This document shows, piece after piece, positions 58,268 through 64,000 of a stretch of 64,000 nt of DNA. The position numbers were made by a program, and so were the translations under genes. The notes under the pieces were generated by a model. The model ran no database searches and had not been told where the DNA came from. It saw nothing but the letters and a program-made list of their open reading frames with translations. The first letter of the stretch is position 1; every line of letters begins with the position of its first letter. This DNA comes from Syntrophobacteraceae bacterium (GTDB taxonomy: Bacteria > Desulfobacterota > Syntrophobacteria > Syntrophobacterales > Syntrophobacteraceae), in contig JAXGXP010000006.1 of NCBI GenBank assembly GCA_040772705.1, positions 235,306 through 299,305 of the forward strand. The letters are read 5' to 3'.

Positions 58268-59741
58268 GGTGTTTTCTCCTTCTGACCACAAAAGCGTCAT
58301 AGTCGGCAAGGGAGGGTTCCTGCAGGCGAATGCGGTTGAGTGATTCCTGATTGAGCTTGAGAGGCGGGTGTCGGCGCTGGGGAGTCATCTCCTGGTAGAG
58401 GATATTCTCGATATAGTCGGCGCCATAGGCATGGTGAGCCAAGGCCTTTTTTATGGCATCGATGAGCGCCGACGAACCATATTCATCCATGAGGTGCAGC
58501 AGTCTTCTGACGGTTTTTTTGAGGGGGTGCGGACTGGTGCTGAGACGCTCCACATAGGTTTTGGCTTCCTCGCCCAGACTGAACAGGATGGCCACCTCGT
58601 TGGAAAGCCAGTGCTTGTGGAGGTTTTTGCGGGCAGCCTCGCGATGTTCGGGCAGTTCGACCCTCTCGCTCCTCTCCCAGGATCGCTTATGGGAGGCTAC
58701 CTGTTTCCCTTTGAAGTAGAGGCAAACGGTCCGAGAGTCTCCTTTGGCGGTCACGTGTTTGCCAATGAGCCATGGAGGAGCGGTGTAGGTATTGCCATCA
58801 AAGTGAATGCAAAAATCCGAGTACACCCTGACCTCGGCAGTGTCGCGACAGTCGGGGAGGAGCTCCGGCAGAGGCCTCATATGTTCAGTTTTGAAACGAT
58901 CGACGGGCCGTTCGCCGGTAGTTCGATGGACCCTCACATTGGCGACGGTATCCCTCCAGTGAATGGCCTGATTTTGGACGTCAAGGAGATCCTGGAACCT
59001 CCTCAGGGGCCAGAAACTGTTTCGGATGTAGTGGATAGCTCCTTTCTCGATTTTTCCCTTCTCATGGGGCTGCCCCGGATGGCAGGCGAAGGGGGTCAGC
59101 TGAAACGGGCGAAGAAAGGAGAGGAAGGCTTCGTTGTAGCGGATAAGCGGGCCATCTCTCTCGATGACGGCGGTGAGCATATTGTCGTGCACCAGCTCCC
59201 TGGCTGTTCCACCAAAGAAATGGAAGGCGTTGAGAAGACAGCGATGAAGGGTCTCTTGACGCTGGGAATGGGTGAACTCGAGGTAAAGCAGGCGGCTGTA
59301 GCACTCGATAACGGCCATGCAGTAGAGCTTCCGTTTGGTTTTGCCGTATTCCAGAGCGCCGAAGTGTCCCCAGTCAATTTGAAACTGCTCTCCGGGGCGG
59401 GATTCAAAGCGGATGAAAGGACGTCGGTTCTGATGCTGCTTACGGACCGTTTGCAAGTACTGGTTCAGAATGGACTTGCCGCCCTCAAAGCCGAGAGGAG
59501 TAAGGCGCTGACGAATCACCTGGCCGCTGACCGTGGCATCCATATCGAGCATCCTGCCGATTTCCTCTTTGAAAGGGTCAATCTTGCTGGCTCTCTTTAT
59601 GGTGGGTTTGCCCGGGTTGGGATTCTCAAGATATTTGAGGACGGTCTTTCGAGCGACCTTAAGGTTTCTGGCGATGGCTCTCAGGGAGAGCCCCAACCCT
59701 TTCATGCGATGGATTTCGAAGATGGTCCGCTGCTCGATCAT
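58254..59741 (-). CDS. istA: IS21-family transposase IstA
   Basis: N-terminal HTH (GLSLRAIARNLKVARKTVLKYL), DDE integrase core (FQIDWGHF ... HDN ... KGKIE), and IS21-type C-terminus. Confidence 0.9.
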   Translation of the reverse strand: MIEQRTIFEIHRMKGLGLSLRAIARNLKVARKTVLKYLENPNPGKPTIKRASKIDPFKEEIGRMLDMDATVSGQVIRQRLTPLGFEGGKSILNQYLQTVRKQHQNRRPFIRFESRPGEQFQIDWGHFGALEYGKTKRKLYCMAVIECYSRLLYLEFTHSQRQETLHRCLLNAFHFFGGTARELVHDNMLTAVIERDGPLIRYNEAFLSFLRPFQLTPFACHPGQPHEKGKIEKGAIHYIRNSFWPLRRFQDLLDVQNQAIHWRDTVANVRVHRTTGERPVDRFKTEHMRPLPELLPDCRDTAEVRVYSDFCIHFDGNTYTAPPWLIGKHVTAKGDSRTVCLYFKGKQVASHKRSWERSERVELPEHREAARKNLHKHWLSNEVAILFSLGEEAKTYVERLSTSPHPLKKTVRRLLHLMDEYGSSALIDAIKKALAHHAYGADYIENILYQEMTPQRRHPPLKLNQESLNRIRLQEPSLADYDAFVVRRRKHHDRD

Positions 59742-60151
59742 GGCTTGCCTCCGAAAGCCCTGGCAAAAAAGTCGCGGATCGCTGCCGGGTCGTCTCTTTT
59801 CCAGTCCGCTTGGGGTTTGTGGAGTTCCTGAACACTGATCACCGGTTGCCTGGGCAGGGAGAGCACCTGGAAAAGCTGCCCGTTGAAGGCGATGAGGTCC
59901 TTTTCCAAGAGCCGATTCCTGGCCTCAAGATAATCTTCCAGGGTAATCCGAAGGAGCGAGCAGATTTTGTCGTAACCATAGAAAGAGAGCCCGTAACGGT
60001 CAGCCGCCAGCACCAGAAAGAAATAAAGGAGCATCTCATGATGGTTGAGGCTCAGCATAAAACCGTCCCGGAGGAACCGGTGTTCGATAAAAGCAAAACT
60101 TCCGCTGATCTTCCGGACGCGCTCATGACACAGGATCATTTTGTTGATCAT
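59738..60151 (-). CDS. Hypothetical protein (137 aa) translationally coupled to istA
   Basis: The stop overlaps the istA start (ATGA). Possible winged-helix-like region (LLYFFLVLAADRYGLSFYGYDKICSLLRITLEDYLEARNRLLEKDLI). No firm family. Confidence 0.5.
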   Translation of the reverse strand: MINKMILCHERVRKISGSFAFIEHRFLRDGFMLSLNHHEMLLYFFLVLAADRYGLSFYGYDKICSLLRITLEDYLEARNRLLEKDLIAFNGQLFQVLSLPRQPVISVQELHKPQADWKRDDPAAIRDFFARAFGGKP

Positions 60152-60208
60152 GATCTTTTACCTCCTTTCGGGGACAGTGTAGGAGGAGTAGGAAGACAGG
60201 TCCATTGA

Positions 60209-60372
60209 GTCCTCTTTTGCAACGCCGGGGGTTACTCTTCAAGCACTCGAAATCAAAAGGACTTTTTGTGCCGACGCGTCCATCTTTGCAACTGCTTCAA
60301 CCGTGACGGGGATCAGGTAGTAAGTGCCTGTCTTTATTTTGGAATGCAGCTCTAACGCGTCCATCTTTGCAA
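60209..60372 (-). repeat. Direct repeats TTGCAAAGATGGACGCGT (two perfect 18-bp copies plus one degenerate copy)
   Basis: Plus-strand ACGCGTCCATCTTTGCAA at 60274-60291 and 60355-60372. A degenerate copy GTCCTCTTTTGCAA lies at 60209-60222. Confidence 0.7.
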
Positions 60373-60661
60373 TCCGCCTGCGGCGACGGGATCTTCGGAC
60401 TTTCTGCAGGGCGCGGTTTCGAATGCCGTATTCTGGGTTTTGCGCCCTCCACCTCTGCCAGTAGTCGGGATTGCGAGCACTCCAGCTTTTCTGGCACTCC
60501 CTTTGGTTGGCCTTGTAGTCGAGATCGGTTTCAAGCTTGCGTCTCTGCCAGGCGCTCTTCCTCGCACGCTGGCATTCTTTCTTGCTGCAATAGCGCTGGT
60601 TCTTGATGCGATGGTTGGGAACAAACAAGCAGCGGCAATGGGCACAACGGACCTTGTTCAT
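60239..60661 (-). CDS. Hypothetical zinc-ribbon/basic protein (140 aa) at the head of the IS operon
   Basis: CAHC...(16 residues)...CSKKEC followed by a Trp/Arg-rich region and an RRSRRRRR stretch. The C-terminal part is encoded across two 18-bp direct repeats, giving AKMDA twice. Confidence 0.45.
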   Translation of the reverse strand: MNKVRCAHCRCLFVPNHRIKNQRYCSKKECQRARKSAWQRRKLETDLDYKANQRECQKSWSARNPDYWQRWRAQNPEYGIRNRALQKVRRSRRRRRIAKMDALELHSKIKTGTYYLIPVTVEAVAKMDASAQKVLLISSA

Positions 60662-60999
60662 GATTTCTCTCCCCGGAGAAACCATAAAGAAGATCCTTAA
60701 GGAGATCAGCCGAGGAAAGATTCACGGCTGTCAAAGAATGGAGGAGATTTACCGCGGGTCACTAAAACCGGACAAGTCGGAGAAAAAGGGAAGAAGATTC
60801 ATGCAAAGAAACTCATCTCCGCCTGCCAGCCACATCCCCTTTTCCAGCATTGGCGGAAGAAAACGAATCAACGCCATTTCGTGTGGGCGAAATGGGAAGG
60901 AAAAGACCGAAGTACATTTGTGTGGTGCCCTTCCTCACAGGAAACCCTGGACTCCTTTCTCACTGGTCAAAATGGCATCCTCTCTCGGTGGCCCCGATA

Positions 61000-61226
61000 C
61001 CAACCTGGCAAAGATTCTAAGCCTCAACTCGATCAATCCGGATCTTGCCTACTGCCAGGCTGTTGCCGACGTTGCCCTGCTGGCTGACAACCCCGATCCC
61101 ACCGGCGGCGGCACTCACTATCACGCTCCTCAGGTCAAGCCATCCTGGGCTGGCAGCGAACAAATGATCTTCCTCTGTCGTATCGGAAATCACCTCTTCT
61201 ATCGGGAAAACCTTTGCCGCCATTGA
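61000..61226 (+). pseudogene. SleB/CwlJ-type cell-wall hydrolase, C-terminal fragment
   Basis: AKILSLNSINPDLAYCQAVADVALLADNPDPTGGGTHYHAPQVKPSWAGSEQMIFLCRIGNHLFY matches the C-terminal half of the Hydrolase_2 domain. It joins in frame to 57131-57357 once the IS and one repeat copy are removed. Confidence 0.8.
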
Positions 61227-61288
61227 GTGTGCTTGGTCTCTCGTCAAAATAAGAGCCAGGGATTGAGACGAATTACCGGAGGTGAAAG

Positions 61289-62083
61289 ATGAAGAAGGCA
61301 TTATTGGTTGGCATCAACGACTATCCCGGTACCTGCAACGATCTCATGGGATGCGTGAACGACGTGCAGAATATGCAAAATCTCCTGCTGTCGATGTTTG
61401 GTTTTGCCGCTCAGGACATTGCGACCCTCACCGACCGAGGGGCCACCACCTCGAACATCCTGAAGGGCTTGGAAGCGCTTGTCTCCAAAGCTCAGCCCGG
61501 TGACCTGCTCATCTTCCACTACTCCGGCCACGGCTCCCAAGTAACGGATACCGAAGGCGATGAACCCGACAAACTCGACGAAATCCTTTGTCCGTACGAC
61601 CTGGACTGGAAATCGAAAATGATCCGGGACGATGACCTGAGCAAGATCTTTGGCTCGATACCCGCTGGCGTTCACCTCGAGGTATTTCTCGACTCCTGCC
61701 ATTCGGGCACCGGCTTGAGAGTCACTCCGAGCCACAACGGGAACTATCGCCGACTGCGTTTTCTGGCGCCGCCGGCAGAACTGGTGAAACTTTCCTCTGA
61801 TAGGCCCGCACGGGTTGCCGCCATCCGTCCAACCAAGGTGCGCGTTCTCTGGGCGGCATGCCGATCCAACCAGTATGCAAGCGATGCCCTCATCGATGGC
61901 CGATACGGCGGAGTCTTCACGACGTTCCTCTGCAATGTGGTCCGCCAGGCCGAGGGAAACATCACGAGAAGCAACCTCGTCAAAACCCTTCGCTCCGAGC
62001 TGAAAAAGAGCGGCTTTGAACAGGTTCCGCAACTGGAAGGCACGACTAAACCCAGAAAGGCCAACTTTCTTTCGATTTCATAG
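61289..62083 (+). CDS. Stand-alone caspase-family (peptidase C14) protease, 264 aa
   Basis: KALLVGINDYPG, catalytic His in IFHYSGHGSQ, catalytic Cys in VFLDSCHSGTG. RBS GGAGGTG. Confidence 0.85.
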   Translation: MKKALLVGINDYPGTCNDLMGCVNDVQNMQNLLLSMFGFAAQDIATLTDRGATTSNILKGLEALVSKAQPGDLLIFHYSGHGSQVTDTEGDEPDKLDEILCPYDLDWKSKMIRDDDLSKIFGSIPAGVHLEVFLDSCHSGTGLRVTPSHNGNYRRLRFLAPPAELVKLSSDRPARVAAIRPTKVRVLWAACRSNQYASDALIDGRYGGVFTTFLCNVVRQAEGNITRSNLVKTLRSELKKSGFEQVPQLEGTTKPRKANFLSIS

Positions 62084-62135
62084 CCGGGATCTGCATGCCG
62101 GTGAACCATCTCTCAACGAATCGTGAGGTAACAAA

Positions 62136-62483
62136 ATGGATGGCGATGATTTCTTCACGGTCCAGGAAGTGAAAATCCTCATCTTGTCGGCTTTGCTCGC
62201 CATCTTCGGCGGGTTTGCCAAGCTCTTCATGTCTCCAAGGAAACTGACGATTTCCCAGTTCATCTCGTGCTGCATAGTCTCGGGATTCACCGGGGTGATG
62301 GCGAGCTACCTTTTTCGCTGCATGAACCTGGAACCATTTCTTCAGAGTTTTCTCATTGGCATGTCGGGCTTTGCCGGGCCAGCGGCACTTTCGGCTTTCA
62401 CGGCCCTCTATGAGAAGAAGCTCGGCATCAAATCCATCCCGCCGGGAAGCGGAAAAGCTCGGCCTCCTTCAGACCAGGGATAG
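62136..62483 (+). CDS. Small 3-TM membrane protein, holin-like
   Basis: Three hydrophobic segments (ILILSALLAIFGGFAKLF; ISQFISCCIVSGFTGVMASYLF; FLQSFLIGMSGFAGPAALSAFTAL) and a charged C-terminal tail. Located in a lysis-type neighbourhood. Confidence 0.55.
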   Translation: MDGDDFFTVQEVKILILSALLAIFGGFAKLFMSPRKLTISQFISCCIVSGFTGVMASYLFRCMNLEPFLQSFLIGMSGFAGPAALSAFTALYEKKLGIKSIPPGSGKARPPSDQG

Positions 62484-62496
62484 CATTGCACGCAGC

Positions 62497-62805
62497 ATGG
62501 AATGCCAACACTTCAAGACCTGCAGCGCCAATCTCTGTCCCATCGATCCTGGCCTTGAGGAACGCACCTGGTTTGTCGGTGAGCCGGTCTGCCGGAGAAA
62601 GGACTACGCCACGATGCCCATGATCAGGCGGCAGAGGCAGCTCAACAAGAGGAAGCCGAAGGAATACACCGGGAAGTCCCTGCGTCCTCATGAGCTCAGG
62701 GAGACGGCCCCCAGGGAGCGATCGCTGTCCGATGAACACCGTTCACGTCTTGCAGAGGGGATGGAAAGGGTAAGGCGGAAGGTTGGGCAAAAAAGCGCGG
62801 TCTGA
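62497..62805 (+). CDS. Hypothetical Cys-rich, highly basic protein (102 aa)
   Basis: MECQHFKTCSANLCPIDP...EPVCRRKD followed by a Lys/Arg-rich region. It starts 14 nt after the membrane-protein stop. Confidence 0.4.
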   Translation: MECQHFKTCSANLCPIDPGLEERTWFVGEPVCRRKDYATMPMIRRQRQLNKRKPKEYTGKSLRPHELRETAPRERSLSDEHRSRLAEGMERVRRKVGQKSAV

Positions 62806-63079
62806 CTCTCCCCCACCCTTACCCACCCACCCCGGTGAGTTGGGTCTTGGAACCCTGGTAATTTTGGCATCTTTTCGCGCGGACGGGTCCAATTATCGAC
62901 ATGGTGACATTCTCACGCCTCCCCCCGGATCACCCGGTGCTCCTCTGCGAACCAACCCGGAAGAAACCTCGGCGCGAGCATTCCAAATGCGTCTGGATGC
63001 GCGTCGAGTGCAACGCCTGGCGCTGGCATTATGGACCCATGTGCGGGCTCACTGCCATGCATGAACTCAAGGAGTGCAA

Positions 63080-63844
63080 ATGGCACGAGTTGCGAAAAAG
63101 GCTGCTCCAAAGAAGGTGATGGAGCTGGAGATGCTGATCGATGAGGCGGTCACCTTCATCATTGAACATGCGCCGCCGGAAGGCTATTTCGTTGCCTTCT
63201 CGGGCGGCAAGGATTCCATCGTAACCCTCGATCTCGTCCGCCAGGCCGGAGTGCATCACCAGTGCTTTTACAACGTGGGTATCGAACCGCCCGAAGTCGC
63301 CAAGTTTGTGCGGCAGCATTATCCGGAAGTGAAGTTTCTTTATCCCAAGCACAGCTTCTTCGAGATGGTTAAGCGAAAATTCCCCCCGCTTCGAACCAAG
63401 CGGTGGTGCTGCGACTACCTGAGAAAGCTCCCATCACGACACATCCCTCTGAGGCAACGAATCATGGGCATCCGCGCGGAGGAGTCCCGAAAAAGGTCGG
63501 AGCGGCCGCGAGTCGACCACAACAAACGCGAGCAGACCCACATCTACAAGCCCATCTTCGACTGGAAGGAATGGGCGGTTTGGGAGTTCATCGAATCACG
63601 GAATCTGCCTTATCCAAGCCTCTACGATGAAGGCTGGAACCGGGTCGGGTGCGTCATCTGCCCTTTTATCTGCTCACCGAACATGAAACTCGTCAATCGC
63701 AACAGGGAGCGCTGGCCTGGAATGTACAAAGCCTTCGAACATGCCGTGCGGACATGGTTCAACACGAGAAAAGCACAGGGTGCCAGGTTCCGGGAAGAGA
63801 CCGCCGACGAGTACCTTCAAAGATGGTACAGGGGCATCGCCTGA
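63080..63844 (+). CDS. PAPS-reductase-family PP-loop ATP pyrophosphatase (phage/DndC-like type)
   Basis: PP-loop FVAFSGGKDSIV, RWCC motif (KRWCCDYLRK), GIRAEES, and a C-terminal GCVICP pair. ATG 63080 is preceded by AAGGAG. Confidence 0.8.
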   Translation: MARVAKKAAPKKVMELEMLIDEAVTFIIEHAPPEGYFVAFSGGKDSIVTLDLVRQAGVHHQCFYNVGIEPPEVAKFVRQHYPEVKFLYPKHSFFEMVKRKFPPLRTKRWCCDYLRKLPSRHIPLRQRIMGIRAEESRKRSERPRVDHNKREQTHIYKPIFDWKEWAVWEFIESRNLPYPSLYDEGWNRVGCVICPFICSPNMKLVNRNRERWPGMYKAFEHAVRTWFNTRKAQGARFREETADEYLQRWYRGIA

Positions 63845-63873
63845 AAGGGCTCGTCAACACGGAAAGAGCGCCA

Positions 63874-64000
63874 GTGATCGAGCAGAAGAAGCAGAATCCT
63901 TTGGCAGGCAGGGTAAGTAGACGCCTTATCAATGTCCATTGCCACCTTTTCAACTTCAACTTCATTCCGGACAACCTGATCAAGAAGCGGGCTCATGTGC
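63874..64000 (+). CDS. Partial CDS at window edge; possible metal-dependent hydrolase N-terminus
   Basis: The frame is open from GTG 63874 to the edge and encodes ...RRLINVHCHLFNFNFIPDNLIKKRAHV. The D/N-V-H-C-H start resembles amidohydrolase/TatD-type metal-binding motifs. Too short to be sure. Confidence 0.25.
   Translation, partial: MIEQKKQNPLAGRVSRRLINVHCHLFNFNFIPDNLIKKRAHV

Larger units (their letters stand above)
57357..60999 (-). mobile_element. IS21-family insertion element (about 3.64 kb) carrying istA, istB and two extra upstream ORFs
   Basis: Flanked by direct repeats CCAACC(T) at 57351-57357 and 61000-61006. Imperfect terminal inverted repeats: TATTGGCGCCGGTGAGGAAGGGAGCCAAAATGGCC versus the reverse complement of the other end, TATCGGGGCCACCGAGAGAGGATGCCATTTTGACC. 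It interrupts the hydrolase gene in frame-consistent fashion. Confidence 0.8.
49582..64000. mobile_element. Integrated phage-like/integrative element at the 3' side of tRNA-Leu; right end not reached within the window
   Basis: An integrase lies immediately next to the tRNA. The gene set is excisionase, sigma factor, replisome organiser, primase-helicase, RuvC-like resolvase, HU, cell-wall hydrolase and holin-like protein. Genes are short and tightly coupled, and the region is visibly less GC-rich than the core. Confidence 0.75.

Noticed and set aside
58368-59831. 487-aa plus-strand ORF
   Set aside because: Antisense to istA, which has clear HTH and DDE-type transposase features.
60603-60999. 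N-terminal 132 codons of the 207-aa track ORF, which might make it an intact gene next to the caspase (for example a gasdermin-like partner)
   Set aside because: This part is read-through from inside the IS element. Only the last 75 codons or so, after the CCAACCT junction, match a protein family (the hydrolase C-terminus). No gasdermin-like sequence was recognised.
62901-63119. 72-aa ORF (or a 40-aa Cys-rich ORF from ATG 62998) upstream of and overlapping the PAPS-reductase-like gene
   Set aside because: There is no RBS and no motif, and competing frames overlap. It may be a real small phage gene, but the evidence is insufficient.
49582-64000. Search for attR (a second copy of the tRNA-Leu 3' segment GGTTCGAGTCCGGCCTTCGGCACCA)
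   Set aside because: No convincing copy was seen by eye; the best match is an 8-nt GAGTCCGG near 57000. The right boundary is probably outside the window, so the element extent is left open.

Overview
GC-rich bacterial chromosomal window. The gene content (sigma-54 machinery, 2-oxoacid:ferredoxin oxidoreductase, glutaryl-CoA dehydrogenase, ASKHA/RACo-like and YkgJ-type cysteine-cluster proteins) suggests an anaerobic deltaproteobacterium-like (Thermodesulfobacteriota) host; this is inference only. The window has three parts. (i) 1-1893 is the 3' portion of a group II intron: RT/maturase ORF plus recognisable domains V and VI, with the 5' end outside the window, about 110 nt upstream of thiD. 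(ii) About 1.9-49.6 kb is core chromosome. It carries thiD, an orphan NarL-type regulator, a nitroreductase-larB operon, mgtE, two class-III aminotransferases, a secreted papain-like peptidase, korA plus a korB-gamma fusion, gcdH, a rocD / COG2403 P-loop / arcC cluster, a sigma-54 activator with YkgJ-type and ASKHA genes, and the conserved block pyrG-kdsA-kdsC-lptC-lptA-lptB-rpoN-hpf-ptsN-rapZ-EIIA(Man)-rimI. After rimI comes a 1424-aa ORF that has only the ATP-grasp and phosphohistidine modules of pyruvate phosphate dikinase behind about 925 residues I cannot assign. It is followed by a divergent GAPDH paralogue and gap-pgk-tpiA-secG. (iii) From tRNA-Leu(GAG) at 49496-49581 to the window end lies an integrated phage-like element. 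It carries integrase/excisionase with clustered TTGTCACA sites, an ECF-like sigma factor, a replisome-organiser-like gene containing 11-bp-phased iterons, a T7-gp4-like primase-helicase, a RuvC-like resolvase, an HU-like protein, and a SleB-type cell-wall hydrolase gene split by a 3.6-kb IS21-family element with target-site duplication. It continues with a stand-alone caspase-like protease, a 3-TM holin-like protein, a Cys-rich basic protein and a PAPS-reductase-like PP-loop gene. No rRNA or CRISPR array was seen. The items most worth a second look are the truncated PPDK-like giant protein sitting where HPr/EI normally follow the PTS-Ntr genes, the caspase / 3-TM / Cys-rich trio inside the prophage lysis region, the phased iterons, and the four-ORF IS21-family element. 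All functional calls come from motif recognition by eye; no database search was run.
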